A stretch of 64,000 nt of DNA from a virus (IMGVR_UViG_3300029305_005547:192001-256000), one strand, 5' to 3'; numbered from the stretch's first letter, positions 18,583 to 29,861 are shown. Program-made: numbers and translations. Notes: generated by a model not told the origin, from the sequence alone.

Positions 18583-19056
18583 TCACCGAATCTTAGTCTG
18601 AAGTCCTGTTAATAATGATTCAGTTTGATCTGTAACGATATTATGTCTCATGCACAAAGCCACATAGTAATAATCTGAATGAAGCGTTGCCTCAGCTGTA
18701 ATACAATTGCAAATTATCTGAGAGTCTTTATTCATTAATCGTTGCGTCATTTTATATGAACATGAAAGTATCGCTTTATTATTTGAATCATAATACACAT
18801 CTGTTGTGTTAGCAGATGAAGATTTTAAAAGTTTGATTAATGGATTAGATATTTCTTTATCCATATCAACAAAATTTTCATTAGATGAAAACATTTTCTT
18901 TTTTAATTTAGAAAGTGGTATTACATTTGTCTGTTTTTCATATTTTCTTAAAGTAATTTTAGCCTTAGCATAATCTTTGCTAGCTTTTATAGGACTAATT
19001 ACTTTAGCCTTTATAATTTTACCAATTGGTAATGCGATATCATTCATAAAAGTCAC
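18583..19056 (-). CDS. hypothetical protein
   Basis: 157-aa ORF; GACA-N6-TAA variant promoter upstream. Confidence 0.6.
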   Translation of the reverse strand: MTFMNDIALPIGKIIKAKVISPIKASKDYAKAKITLRKYEKQTNVIPLSKLKKKMFSSNENFVDMDKEISNPLIKLLKSSSANTTDVYYDSNNKAILSCSYKMTQRLMNKDSQIICNCITAEATLHSDYYYVALCMRHNIVTDQTESLLTGLQTKIR

Positions 19057-19138
19057 CTCTAATTTTCTATTAGAATAATGTCTTATTTTTCTTCCAACAG
19101 AAATATTAACTTAGTAAAGAGAAAAGGAAACTTGTTTT

Positions 19139-20878
19139 ATGGCAAAGAATATGGAATTAATTCAACATAAAAAAGAGAACGACGTTTCCCTTAAGTTGAA
19201 AGAGATAACTAACTTTCAACAACTCAAATTAAAGAAAATCAACTTAAAGCTAGAAATATTCACACTCGATTCTATAGTTGCTTTTCTATATAAAGATAGT
19301 GTATTAAAAACACAAAAGTTGTTGAAGAATATTTTTAAATTATTTTCAAATATAAATCCAGAACCTTATTATGCGAATCCAGATTTACGAGTTAGGTTCT
19401 GGGTAATTTTAAAGTCTTTACATCTAATGGTAGAGACTAGACTTGAATCATATAATGCTATCAAATCTGAGCTTATGGATGATAGTGAGTCTGATGAACT
19501 TATACATGATTATGTTAAGAATATAGATTCACTTAATATAGGTTACGAAGATAGCAAGAAACTTATTCGTAAACTTGATGATAGACTTCGTTTTGGTTAT
19601 GTAATAACTATAAAAGAAGTTTTACAAGAATTTTTAAATGCAATTGATGATGAAGAATATTCATCATATAAAGATATTGCAGATGATCTTGAACAACTTG
19701 CAATATCAATCGTTAATATAAGACGAAATACTAATAGTTTAGAAAGTGATGAAAAATTCACTTTGGATCCTGATAAGTTTGATGAAATGATTGTATCTGC
19801 TGTAACGAAGTTACAAGATAGAATGAAGATTTTCAAAACTGGTATTCAGGGATTAAATGCTTTATTAGCACCAGGATATATGTCTAAGAGACTTTATATG
19901 TATCTTGCATTCCCTGGTGGTGGTAAATCTCAAATACTTCTTAAATCAGCTCTTGATATTAAGAAATATAACGGTCATGTAAAAGCAAAAGACCCAGAGA
20001 AAAGACCTGCAGTGTTATATATTACAATGGAAAATTCAATCGAAGAAACTATTGAACGTATATTCAATATGATGGTTTCAGCAGATGATATTCGTAATTA
20101 TACACCTAAGCAGATTATAAAGAAATTAAAAGATGGTGGTAACTTAACCCTTACAGATAATAACAACGTTAATATCATTATTACATATTATCCAAATAGA
20201 TCTATTACCACGGATGATCTCTATGGTATATTTCAAGATTTAAATGATGAGGGCGACGAAGTTATTGCATTAATTCTCGACTACGTAAAAAGAATAGCAC
20301 CTGCAGAAAAAGCTGCAAGTGAAAAAGAAGAACTTAAGAATATCACAAATGAACTTAAGAATTTAGCAACACATTTTGACGTACCTGTTATAACAGCGCA
20401 ACAGCTTAACAGAGTTGCATCTTCTGTAGTTGATGCTGCGTTACAAGCTAAAAAAGAAGATGTTACAAAGTTAATTGGACGTGATGGTGTTGCTGGAGCA
20501 TGGGAGATCATAGAAAATTCAGACTGGGTTTGTGTTTTGAACCAGGAGGTTAAAACAGAAACTCTTGAATTATTTATGACATTCAAACTTCTTAAACGAA
20601 GATATAGGTCAAGCGATGAAAATGACAAGATGAGAAAACTCGAATATTTCAATCATCCTTATGAACCTGGAAATGAAATCAGGTTAATTGATGATGTTGA
20701 ACTCGATAGACCTCTGATGATGCTTGGTATGAGTAATCAAATGTCTGCGTTAGAAGATATGAAACGCGGTAAAAAGAATGCAGTTGAAAGGGAAGAAAAA
20801 ACTGCCATAAATAAGAGTATTTATCAAATGGTAGAATTCGATCCTTTTGATGATTCTCAATCGATTCAATATACGTAA
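19139..20878 (+). CDS. dnaB: DnaB-like replicative helicase
   Basis: Walker A AFPGGGKS, LYITMEN, Walker B LILDYV and PVITAQQLNR. Confidence 0.9.
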   Translation: MAKNMELIQHKKENDVSLKLKEITNFQQLKLKKINLKLEIFTLDSIVAFLYKDSVLKTQKLLKNIFKLFSNINPEPYYANPDLRVRFWVILKSLHLMVETRLESYNAIKSELMDDSESDELIHDYVKNIDSLNIGYEDSKKLIRKLDDRLRFGYVITIKEVLQEFLNAIDDEEYSSYKDIADDLEQLAISIVNIRRNTNSLESDEKFTLDPDKFDEMIVSAVTKLQDRMKIFKTGIQGLNALLAPGYMSKRLYMYLAFPGGGKSQILLKSALDIKKYNGHVKAKDPEKRPAVLYITMENSIEETIERIFNMMVSADDIRNYTPKQIIKKLKDGGNLTLTDNNNVNIIITYYPNRSITTDDLYGIFQDLNDEGDEVIALILDYVKRIAPAEKAASEKEELKNITNELKNLATHFDVPVITAQQLNRVASSVVDAALQAKKEDVTKLIGRDGVAGAWEIIENSDWVCVLNQEVKTETLELFMTFKLLKRRYRSSDENDKMRKLEYFNHPYEPGNEIRLIDDVELDRPLMMLGMSNQMSALEDMKRGKKNAVEREEKTAINKSIYQMVEFDPFDDSQSIQYT

Positions 20879-20880
20879 TT

Positions 20881-20925
20881 TAAAAAAAAATCCATACACT
20901 CTTTTGAGTGTATGGATTTCTTATT
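20881..20925. terminator. bidirectional terminator
   Basis: AATCCATACACTC/GAGTGTATGGATT with flanking A/T runs. Confidence 0.8.
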
Positions 20926-20940
20926 TCTGTAATCCATATA

Positions 20941-21585
20941 TTATATTGAATAATGAGAAGATACCATTTCATCATATCCATTCAATTCACAAAGTTTTTT
21001 GTATATATCAATAGGACAAACTGGAGTTTCGGGATCTTCATTCTCTGAATCATATATGTCATCTATATCACCATGATCACTAGTTTCTAATTTTAATCTA
21101 AGACCAACTTCCATCATAATTAAACTAGATGAAATATTATTCTTTTCAAATCCCATCGTTGAATATAATCGTTGTAATCGTTTCGTAAGGCTTTCTTCTC
21201 TATGTTCACCGTATTTATACCATGGATGTTTAGGAGTTCTAATAGTCGTCATACTTATATAATCTGGATTATATATAAGATTATGAAGCGAATCAAATCT
21301 ATAATTATCAAAAGAACTATTAACATCAAGAACAGGACAATGAAGAATTTCTCGTACCCACCTGTTATATAAACATTGGAAATAACTTCCGGAAAGAATT
21401 TTTGAAACTTCTATATATTTATCAATATTCTCATCAAATTGATTAATGGAATCATGTTTCTCTTTTTTAGCATGGTAGTCATTTACATCCTGCATTAACA
21501 TCATATTACGTTCTGAAACAGATATCGTCCATTCTCCTGTTATAGTATTATTTCTAATATCTTCATATCCTCTTATTAACTCCAT
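20941..21585 (-). CDS. hypothetical early protein
   Basis: ORF overlapping the upstream gene's stop. Confidence 0.7.
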   Translation of the reverse strand: MELIRGYEDIRNNTITGEWTISVSERNMMLMQDVNDYHAKKEKHDSINQFDENIDKYIEVSKILSGSYFQCLYNRWVREILHCPVLDVNSSFDNYRFDSLHNLIYNPDYISMTTIRTPKHPWYKYGEHREESLTKRLQRLYSTMGFEKNNISSSLIMMEVGLRLKLETSDHGDIDDIYDSENEDPETPVCPIDIYKKLCELNGYDEMVSSHYSI

Positions 21586-22190
21586 CTATTATATAACCTC
21601 CTCCCTCTATAATTAGAAACACTTTCAGTTTTAAATTGCTTCAATTCAAATTCTTCAGACGAGAAATCACTTGATAGAGTGTCATATGCTTTAACAGTAG
21701 CAGGTCTTCTACCTCGAGCATAATATGGTATAAATTGATACATATCAATATGCTCTATATCAGAACTATCTCTTCGTTTTATTTCCATATCACGAATATG
21801 ATCTGCGCATGTATAATGACCCATACGATTTTCAGTCCATCCTCCTATTGCATAATAATCAGGATATAAAATAGTCCACGGTTTAGATATTATAGCATAT
21901 ATTAAATCATTGATATTATTATCTATAGAAAAATCATCGTCTCCACAAGTCATATCTTCATAAACATCTGATAAGAAACTTTTTGCTATTTCAGGGTATA
22001 CAATATTGGATAATTCTAATAGAAAATCTACATATTGACTCGCTCTAGATATATGATCTGTTCTCCATGGAGGAAAACTTAATCCATCAACACTAGTTTG
22101 TCTCACAAATCTATCGTATATTTCACGTTTAATTAATTCATTTGATATATACGTGTTATGATCGTTATAAAAATGAACCATGATTTTCAC
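21576..22190 (-). CDS. hypothetical early protein
   Basis: TATATTAT promoter at 22213-22220. Confidence 0.7.
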   Translation of the reverse strand: MKIMVHFYNDHNTYISNELIKREIYDRFVRQTSVDGLSFPPWRTDHISRASQYVDFLLELSNIVYPEIAKSFLSDVYEDMTCGDDDFSIDNNINDLIYAIISKPWTILYPDYYAIGGWTENRMGHYTCADHIRDMEIKRRDSSDIEHIDMYQFIPYYARGRRPATVKAYDTLSSDFSSEEFELKQFKTESVSNYRGRRLYNRWS

Positions 22191-22287
22191 TCCTTTATAT
22201 TTATATACATAAATAATATATGTTTACAAACCCAGGGTAAAATCAACGAAAAAACATTATTCTAATACTGAAACTAAAAGAAAGTAG

Positions 22288-25200
22288 GTGTTAATAATGG
22301 CTCCAATTAAAGACTGGAAACCAGTGTTAGGGCTTCCTGATACGTTAGAGAAGCTTCTTAAAGAAACTGAAATTAACAACTCTTTTAGAGAAAGTGCAGT
22401 AACAGATACATTGAAAGAAACAATGGAATCGTCTTATGCATATCTTTATAGATTGCAAAGAGATTCCGTTAATTATTCACGTTTTCACTTTCAAACAAGA
22501 GAGTATTTGTTAAATACAACCTATAACGATATTAAAATGGGTCTTAAGGAAAATGGCGATAAATTGATGGAACTTGAAAAATCTGAAAATCCTGACCCTA
22601 ACGAAATTGCAAGACTTAAAAGAATACTCGCTGAATATGGTGAGGTTCGATTCGGCGACTTATATCTTGATAATAAGAGGAGAGTCTGTGTAAATATTGA
22701 TCATGACATAATAGCTCCTGAAGTAAAGGAAACATTCAGGAATTCTAAATATTACAGAACTGATATTCCTCTTACTGAGATCATGATCAATAAAAAGTTG
22801 TTTAGAGAACTTCCTATCGGTATTATGGATAATGAAGTTCGAACGGATATTAGCATTTATCCTCTGGAACAGGGAACGAAAATAATTTTTCATCATATGA
22901 CTGCAAAGGATTTATACAACGTATATGAATCTCAGAAATTTCATGATGTTTGTATTATGTGTATCCCTAACGTAGTTATCAAATTTATATCTATGACTAA
23001 GGATGATGCATTAAAAGGGATCATTCCTTTGGAGGATCCCAATAATCTCAAAGTTGGAACTTATTTCGTATCATTTAAAAATGAAAAGAATTCAACTAAC
23101 CTTATTCCAACTAAGGTAGAAGAAAATACCATCGTTGCAAAAATTAACAAAAATGCAACAAAAATTATCAATGATTCACAGGGAAATATTGAGGTTGCGA
23201 TCATATTTTTCCAAGATTTAAGAAAGTATGACTTTACTCTTTCTGCTGATGGAACTGTACCTACAGTTAAAAGAGTTTATGTCACAGAAGAAACTTATGA
23301 AGAAAGACCTGAATCTAAGTTGTTTATTCCTATTTTAGATGGCTCAGTTCTTCCTATGCCTGTACCGGAAGAAAATGTATTGATTCTCAAATCAATATAT
23401 GAAGGTACGTCAATCGATAGGTATGAACAAGCATATGAATGTACAACTAAATTATATTATCCTAATATTTATCAGATAGATGATAAGAATCATAAGATCG
23501 AAGATAGATATGAGGTATATTACTTTTACAAACATAATGAAAATATGAGGTATACACCTCTATTTGATTTTTATTATGATTATCTTAGATCTCGTTTTAA
23601 TAATAAACTTTCCTTAGAAGAAGTCCTTAATAAGATATATTTTAAGGAAATTGGTTATAATGTAAACGAGACTATAGATGAAAACGAATCTGATCCGGAT
23701 GTATTTAGACTTCGTGTTCTTGAAAACGAATATTTGGAAGCATTTTATACCGTATTTGAAAAAATGCTTAATTATCAAGATTACAAATATAAGTATGGTA
23801 CTCCTGATTTTATTTGCGATTACCAGGGAGATGAAATTCCTCTTCAGTATAAAATTGCTAGAATGATGGAATTTATACGAGCTGATTGGAACGTTCTTCC
23901 GGAATATGTCATTAAACAAAGAAGAAAAGAAACTCTTTTTCATTTCTTCACCAATACTATCAATTTGTCTGGACGTATAAGAAGATCTACACGTCTTGAA
24001 GACAGAGAAAATGATATTATATCATTTGCATCTTCTGCTAATATAACTGATGATTCAAATCCAAATGCATATATTGTAACGGATTCGAAATCATATGACA
24101 TCAACAACGAAGTATATATTGATGATATTAAATTATTAATTCCTTCAGTTAAGGTTGGGGATTTTGTAGAATTCACTGATCTTACTGATAGATATGTATT
24201 TGCATTCAAAAATCCTGGTAAAGATTATTTAGCATTAAAAATCTTTATCGATGGAATCTTATGTACTGATGTCATAACTATAAATAGTCTTGGAACGGAT
24301 TATTTATATTTACCTACAAATATGGTAAATGAAAATAGTTATATCATGATGGAACTTGAATGGACAACGGAAGATCCTCAGGTAGAAACACTTAAATTTG
24401 AGTCTTCTGACGATATTCATGTTATTCATTTAGTTGATGTCGATCATGTTGAATATACTATGAGTGATATTGTACTTAAAGTGAATGGAATTACAGTTCC
24501 TGAAACTGAATACACGATGTTACTTAGAAGAAATGATGTCGATTATTCAATGGAAGATGAAAACCATAATATTGTGAATAAATATGGTATCGTAACTGAT
24601 GTTTCAATACAGTTTACAAATACAACAAGAACTTTCCCTATAAATGTAGATGTGCAAGTAAACAAAACGTCATTCGTTTCTGCAGGTGTTGCACATAGAA
24701 ATGGGTATCCACGATTTGATTTATCTGAACTTAAATTAAATCCTGAGGTTTCATATGCAAGAATGTATTACAATGGAAGAATAACACCAAGTAATACATT
24801 TAGGGTAGTAGATTCACAAGGAAGATCCTATGTACAATCAAGGGTATTTTGTAAAAAAGGAGATCAATACATGTTTGAATTTTCTCCATATACAAAAGAA
24901 CTTATTTGCACTATGGAAGAGTTCGATCCAGATGCAATCATAGACTTCTCTGAATATATTGATAAACCTTTGAGACCTGAATATTACGAAGTATATGTAA
25001 ATGGTAGAAGACTTGGTCTTCCTAACTTATTTGCATTTGGACCTACGAAATCTGTGTTTAGAGGTCTTAAAAGTAAGTATTTACTTACTATTTACGAAAA
25101 AGAAAGAGACTTTGAATATTTCGGTTATTCAAAATCCGTTGGCGATGACAAATACTTCTATTTGGCAACAGATCTTACAAATGAGATCTTTTTAAGTCCT

Positions 25201-25602
25201 AAGGAAGTTGATGTTATTATCGATAAATATATAGAATCAATTAAAAATGAAAATGCTATCATACTTCCAAATGAACCTACTGAGGAAACAATCATATTTG
25301 ATGTTGAATATGGTTTAATTGAAGAAATGAAAATCTTTTTCTTTGAAGAGTTGTTACCTCTTGGTCTTGGAAACCCTGATACATTACAATTTAATAAGGC
25401 TTACTTCTCTGAAGTTTTCCCTGATTTTACTAAAGAATTCATGATTGAATCGGATGATGGTGAATCTCAAGTTATTTATTTAGATCCAGATGTTACTGCT
25501 AGAATCTATGATAGATACAAAAATATATATGAGATAATTGACACTGCAGACGCTGATCCTGAAAAATCTTTTGTAATGTTAACGGGAGAAGCTGGTGTAT
25601 AA
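22288..25602 (+). CDS. large putative virion structural (baseplate-region) protein
   Basis: 1104 aa, beta-rich, recurring (F/Y)xxG(R/I) turns; late promoter at 22253-22265. Confidence 0.55.
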   Translation: MLIMAPIKDWKPVLGLPDTLEKLLKETEINNSFRESAVTDTLKETMESSYAYLYRLQRDSVNYSRFHFQTREYLLNTTYNDIKMGLKENGDKLMELEKSENPDPNEIARLKRILAEYGEVRFGDLYLDNKRRVCVNIDHDIIAPEVKETFRNSKYYRTDIPLTEIMINKKLFRELPIGIMDNEVRTDISIYPLEQGTKIIFHHMTAKDLYNVYESQKFHDVCIMCIPNVVIKFISMTKDDALKGIIPLEDPNNLKVGTYFVSFKNEKNSTNLIPTKVEENTIVAKINKNATKIINDSQGNIEVAIIFFQDLRKYDFTLSADGTVPTVKRVYVTEETYEERPESKLFIPILDGSVLPMPVPEENVLILKSIYEGTSIDRYEQAYECTTKLYYPNIYQIDDKNHKIEDRYEVYYFYKHNENMRYTPLFDFYYDYLRSRFNNKLSLEEVLNKIYFKEIGYNVNETIDENESDPDVFRLRVLENEYLEAFYTVFEKMLNYQDYKYKYGTPDFICDYQGDEIPLQYKIARMMEFIRADWNVLPEYVIKQRRKETLFHFFTNTINLSGRIRRSTRLEDRENDIISFASSANITDDSNPNAYIVTDSKSYDINNEVYIDDIKLLIPSVKVGDFVEFTDLTDRYVFAFKNPGKDYLALKIFIDGILCTDVITINSLGTDYLYLPTNMVNENSYIMMELEWTTEDPQVETLKFESSDDIHVIHLVDVDHVEYTMSDIVLKVNGITVPETEYTMLLRRNDVDYSMEDENHNIVNKYGIVTDVSIQFTNTTRTFPINVDVQVNKTSFVSAGVAHRNGYPRFDLSELKLNPEVSYARMYYNGRITPSNTFRVVDSQGRSYVQSRVFCKKGDQYMFEFSPYTKELICTMEEFDPDAIIDFSEYIDKPLRPEYYEVYVNGRRLGLPNLFAFGPTKSVFRGLKSKYLLTIYEKERDFEYFGYSKSVGDDKYFYLATDLTNEIFLSPKEVDVIIDKYIESIKNENAIILPNEPTEETIIFDVEYGLIEEMKIFFFEELLPLGLGNPDTLQFNKAYFSEVFPDFTKEFMIESDDGESQVIYLDPDVTARIYDRYKNIYEIIDTADADPEKSFVMLTGEAGV

Positions 25603-25625
25603 CTTAAGAAAGGAAGAGAAGAAAC

Positions 25626-26873
25626 ATGGCAAATCAAACATACGATGCAGATGTTAGATATGGTTCTAGTTTTCTAAGCATCGACAAAAATAAACAAAGT
25701 GTGTCTGGAGAAATAATGACTGATAAACTTACGGGTGAGGTTTATATTAAAAGACCTCACGATGGAAAGATAATCAGTTTCCGCCAGAAATCACATAGTG
25801 TATATGAAGCTATCCAAGAATTCAATATTCAGTTCCAGTCATCTATCGGATTCACATATCCTGAAGATCCTGGTTCATATCTTCTTGGAACAAAAGTAGA
25901 TGTTGATGAGTTCGTCTCTATTGAAGAGAAAACTGACATTTTATTGAAGAATCATGAATTCAGTAAAAACTACGGTGATAAAAAAGATTTCCGGTTTGAA
26001 GTTTCAGGTAAGACTAATGGTTTTTATATCAAACCTATTACACGTCTCGGTGACAGAACTGTTAATGGATATCTTACTGGTCAGTTTGCTGAACATGAAT
26101 ATGTTAATTTTGGTACTACAGTAAGAACCTTTACTGAATGGCTTGATATTTCCACTCTTTATTCGTCACCATATCTTTATACTGAATGGAGAGATGAAGA
26201 AAAATGGGCAGCATCAAATGCTATTGTTGATTGTACTATTACAGTCACAGGTTCTGATGCTAATGGAAATTCAGTAACGAATGTTAAAGACATTACAACT
26301 GTTATTCAGCTTGATGAATTTAACTTTGTCCATTTTCCTGATGATTATGATGAGGAAATGGAACACATTACAACTATAAATGTAGTTGTTACAAAAATTT
26401 ATGCACCTAAGTTGCAGTATGAAAGATATCTTGCAAATGACAGTAATGCAACATCTGGAATCAATCCAATCGTAGATAGGATGATGGAAGCTGATGATAG
26501 AGTAGTTTTACAGTCAGTTGATTTGTTTTATTTTATTTCTGGAGCATCTCAACTTCCTACAAATGAAAACACTTTAATCAATCATTGTTATGATGTTGAA
26601 TTCCTTGACCAAGCTATTGTATACTTGTCTACAGCAAGTGGTGCAAGATCAATTCAGTCGCAGGTTGAAGAACCTTCAGCGTGGCCTGTAGATACTATAT
26701 GGGCAGAAGAAATTCGTGACATTCAGTATGGAGGTGCTGTGAAAGAAACTGCGTCTGTAAATAAGTTTTCTGATCTTGAAAGAGCATTGTATCAGGATAC
26801 ATCCGACAACGTTGAATATACGGATCAGTTAGCTAATGCTGAAAACCTTCTGGTTATTGGCAGAAATTTGTAA
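25626..26873 (+). CDS. putative virion structural protein
   Basis: Late operon; GEIMTDKLTGEVYIK, a fibre/baseplate-like N-terminal motif. Confidence 0.55.
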   Translation: MANQTYDADVRYGSSFLSIDKNKQSVSGEIMTDKLTGEVYIKRPHDGKIISFRQKSHSVYEAIQEFNIQFQSSIGFTYPEDPGSYLLGTKVDVDEFVSIEEKTDILLKNHEFSKNYGDKKDFRFEVSGKTNGFYIKPITRLGDRTVNGYLTGQFAEHEYVNFGTTVRTFTEWLDISTLYSSPYLYTEWRDEEKWAASNAIVDCTITVTGSDANGNSVTNVKDITTVIQLDEFNFVHFPDDYDEEMEHITTINVVVTKIYAPKLQYERYLANDSNATSGINPIVDRMMEADDRVVLQSVDLFYFISGASQLPTNENTLINHCYDVEFLDQAIVYLSTASGARSIQSQVEEPSAWPVDTIWAEEIRDIQYGGAVKETASVNKFSDLERALYQDTSDNVEYTDQLANAENLLVIGRNL

Positions 26874-26891
26874 GAAAGGATGGTAATATAA

Positions 26892-27107
26892 ATGGCTACA
26901 TTATTAACTCCATCTAAATCATTATACATCGATAACTGTCAGTGTCTTCATATGAACGATAAAGTAATTGGAGAGCACCCTGCAGGATTTGATGAATATC
27001 CTCAACACTTCTTATTTGAAGTACTTGATGAAACGAGGGTTGATACTGAGGTTCCAAGTAATAATAATCCTCTGTCTATCAATTTGACTGGAAATATGAA
27101 GAATTAA
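26892..27107 (+). CDS. small hypothetical (late) protein
   Basis: AAGGATGG RBS; late operon. Confidence 0.6.
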   Translation: MATLLTPSKSLYIDNCQCLHMNDKVIGEHPAGFDEYPQHFLFEVLDETRVDTEVPSNNNPLSINLTGNMKN

Positions 27108-27125
27108 AGGAAGGAGAATAAGATT

Positions 27126-27359
27126 ATGTTTCCACATCCAAAAGATGTAATTTTACATGTAAAAAATAAAATCGCTGGTATTGGTACAGTTAAAAAGACA
27201 ATTTACCCTGTTACAAGATGGGAAAATGTTTTAGGCGCACCAAGACTTTTAGATCAGTCATCTTTGGAAGATGCGTTCCCTTCCGAATATGCAATTTATG
27301 ATTATAGAGACATCTCTATTTCTGATGAGGAATATGAAGCTTGTTTCGGAGAATTATAA
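27126..27359 (+). CDS. small putative fibre accessory protein
   Basis: IYPVTRWENV motif; AAGGAG RBS. Confidence 0.6.
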   Translation: MFPHPKDVILHVKNKIAGIGTVKKTIYPVTRWENVLGAPRLLDQSSLEDAFPSEYAIYDYRDISISDEEYEACFGEL

Positions 27360-27363
27360 AAAA

Positions 27364-27393
27364 TAAGGGTAATCCAATTACGGATTACCCTTA
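27364..27393. terminator. bidirectional terminator
   Basis: TAAGGGTAATCC/GGATTACCCTTA. Confidence 0.75.
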
Positions 27394-27396
27394 AAT

Positions 27397-27660
27397 TTAT
27401 TTCATCATAATACCTGCTTTAAGTAATGCATCCTGCATTGGTACAACACATCTTAATGCTTTCGTGCATGATTGTTCGGTCGCAGCTACAGCCCGTTCAA
27501 TATTATCAAGTCGGTCACTTACTTCTTTTTCATGTTTGTTCTCCTTCACAAGAGCAACAGTTCCAATGGTTACTCCAGCTACACCGGTTACAACACCTGT
27601 ACCTGCAACTACCATCATTTCAGTTTTCATCTTTTTCATTTTTCTTTTTGTTACAATCAT
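27397..27660 (-). CDS. small early membrane protein
   Basis: GGAGG RBS; VVAGTGVVTGVAGVTIGTVALV; early promoter at 27732-27739. Confidence 0.7.
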   Translation of the reverse strand: MIVTKRKMKKMKTEMMVVAGTGVVTGVAGVTIGTVALVKENKHEKEVSDRLDNIERAVAATEQSCTKALRCVVPMQDALLKAGIMMK

Positions 27661-27887
27661 TTTTTGTTTCCTCCATTTATTATTTTTAATTACAAGTAGG
27701 CATTGAACTCTTTTGTAATTATTCTAATATAATAATATATCATTGAAATTTTTAAATATTTATGCGGGGTTTAACAAAAAAAATAAGAGAGTGGTACCAG
27801 GTGTTCCACTCTCTTATAGTTTATCGTAAATAACTATAAATACCAACCTGGACTAAGTATTATAGTAAATCAGGTTTGATGTGTATG

Positions 27888-28061
27888 TTATAAACCTAAT
27901 TCGTTTCGTTTGGCTTCAAGAGCTTTTAAACGAAGAGACATTAGGTATGTAACTGAATTTGGATCTTTCGACCAAGTAATTAATACTTGTTCGTCAGACA
28001 CAAATCCAAGATTGATAGCTGCATACCACAAAGCAGCTATCAATCTGTCTGCGTAACTCAT
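27888..28061 (-). CDS. small hypothetical early protein (57 aa)
   Basis: GAGGT RBS before ATG 28061; TATATCAT promoter variant at 28096-28103; terminator at 27785-27815. Confidence 0.6.
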   Translation of the reverse strand: MSYADRLIAALWYAAINLGFVSDEQVLITWSKDPNSVTYLMSLRLKALEAKRNELGL

Positions 28062-28228
28062 ACAAATAACCTCACTTTCATTTATATTCACTAATATGAT
28101 ATATAAATGAAATAAGTGACTTTTACATCCTTTTGTTCAAATTTATATTTACGGATAGAGCACCAGTTATCCTTTCTATTTCTAACATTTATCTAATGAT
28201 ATTATTAAATGGAAAGGACGATGATCAA

Positions 28229-28936
28229 ATGGAAACACTACCAGAAAACACAGTAGATAAAGTTCTGGAAAAAATGATGGAAAGTCCAATTGGATTTATC
28301 ATAGTATGTATCATTGTCGTTATAATTGCACTTTTACCATTTTGGAAATGGTTATATAGTGTATATAAAGACTGGAAAGATAAACGTGATGCAAAACGTG
28401 AAAAGGAACTAAAAGAGGCTAAAGAATTGCAAGATAGTATCAAACAAATTGCAAAGCATCTTCCTGAGCTTGATCAGCAAGTTCTTTCTCTTTCAAATGA
28501 AGTTTCTTCGTTTAGAGATTTAAAAGATGAATGGATTGATACGACTAGATCACTACATAATACTGTGGTTGAAATGAAAGCAGATATATCTTCTTTAGCA
28601 AATAAATCACAACATGATGATGATGAACTTGCTGAAAGACTCAAGGAAACACAAGAAATAGTTAGTGATATGAGACAATCAACCAAAAAAATTGAAACTG
28701 ATATGGGTGTTCTCTTTGAAGGAGAGAACAACGAGTTTCGCATTTATTTGACACAACTCCATGAACGACATATCACAAAAGGTGAACCGATGACTCGTGA
28801 AATAAGACAACGTCTGAGGATCAAATTTGAAAGTTATGAAAAACGTGGAGGAAATGGATGGGCAAAAGAATTATATTTAGATTTGATGAGTCTACCTATA
28901 GAGTCTTATGTGTTGCCAGATGACAACAATAATTAA
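28229..28936 (+). CDS. single-pass membrane coiled-coil protein, holin-associated type
   Basis: N-terminal TM helix, coiled coil and C-terminal YEKRGGNG motif; late promoter at 28184-28196; RBS before ATG 28229. Confidence 0.55.
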   Translation: METLPENTVDKVLEKMMESPIGFIIVCIIVVIIALLPFWKWLYSVYKDWKDKRDAKREKELKEAKELQDSIKQIAKHLPELDQQVLSLSNEVSSFRDLKDEWIDTTRSLHNTVVEMKADISSLANKSQHDDDELAERLKETQEIVSDMRQSTKKIETDMGVLFEGENNEFRIYLTQLHERHITKGEPMTREIRQRLRIKFESYEKRGGNGWAKELYLDLMSLPIESYVLPDDNNN

Positions 28937-28938
28937 AA

Positions 28939-28972
28939 AAGAACCTAACGCTTATTTCGTCGTTAGGTTCTT
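28939..28972. terminator. bidirectional terminator
   Basis: AAGAACCTAACG/CGTTAGGTTCTT. Confidence 0.75.
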
Positions 28973-28977
28973 TTATT

Positions 28978-29538
28978 TTACAGCTTACACTCAATAAGTA
29001 TAGATTCAGTTAAAACTCCATTATTTTCTTCAGAGAGTTTATCAAGTTTCTCAAGATCAAACTCTTCTTTCTGAAATTTAAACTGAATCCATGTTGGTTC
29101 GAATTCTCTGTAATCTAACCATGATTTAGGGTTTTCGTTACCAAGAACTTTCTTAACCATTTCAAGAAGTCTTTCACCTGCAGCTTTAGATTTAACAAAG
29201 CCTGATAGATCATATCCAATACCTCTTGATTTCCAATATTCACCTTCTTCAGGTCTGGGATCTGGTTGAACCCATGGATGCCAAGGAATTCCTTTTCTAG
29301 GATGCTCTTGTAATTCAGGATATTCGAATATAATTTTACCTTCTTTATCTTTCATATCTGTGCCAAACCCTATTGATGATTTTTTCACTCCATTGGCTAA
29401 TAAACAAAATGTAGTTCCGCATTCTCTACAGGTTCTAGTCCCACAACCTCCACCAGAAACAGGTCCACCATAAGATGAATCACAACCACAATTCACACAA
29501 CCAAATTTTAAATAATCATTCCATGAAATAGCTATCAT
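28978..29538 (-). CDS. hypothetical protein with N-terminal Zn ribbon
   Basis: CVNCG...CRECG. Confidence 0.7.
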   Translation of the reverse strand: MIAISWNDYLKFGCVNCGCDSSYGGPVSGGGCGTRTCRECGTTFCLLANGVKKSSIGFGTDMKDKEGKIIFEYPELQEHPRKGIPWHPWVQPDPRPEEGEYWKSRGIGYDLSGFVKSKAAGERLLEMVKKVLGNENPKSWLDYREFEPTWIQFKFQKEEFDLEKLDKLSEENNGVLTESILIECKL

Positions 29539-29861
29539 TTTTCATTCCCTCTCTTAAATCTTCTACATGCTCTTTCACCATTAACTTTTTTGCATTTCCG
29601 AACACAATTATCACAATTAACATGGCAATTTAATTTAGATCCGTACATACACGTACAATCAATATTGTTATGATCACACCCTCTAGCATAACACTTAATA
29701 TCTGTAAGTAATCTTCGCATAGTAGGATTCTTTGAAATTATAATCATTCCAGATGTTTTATTTGGATCACAAGTATACCATTTACCTTTCTCATAGAACA
29801 TGCTTTTATCACATTCCTCACATCTACCTGAGCATCTATGATGAGGAAGTTTACCACTCAT
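29535..29861 (-). CDS. Cys-rich hypothetical protein
   Basis: AAGGAGG RBS before ATG 29861; more than 10 Cys. Confidence 0.65.
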   Translation of the reverse strand: MSGKLPHHRCSGRCEECDKSMFYEKGKWYTCDPNKTSGMIIISKNPTMRRLLTDIKCYARGCDHNNIDCTCMYGSKLNCHVNCDNCVRKCKKVNGERACRRFKRGNEK

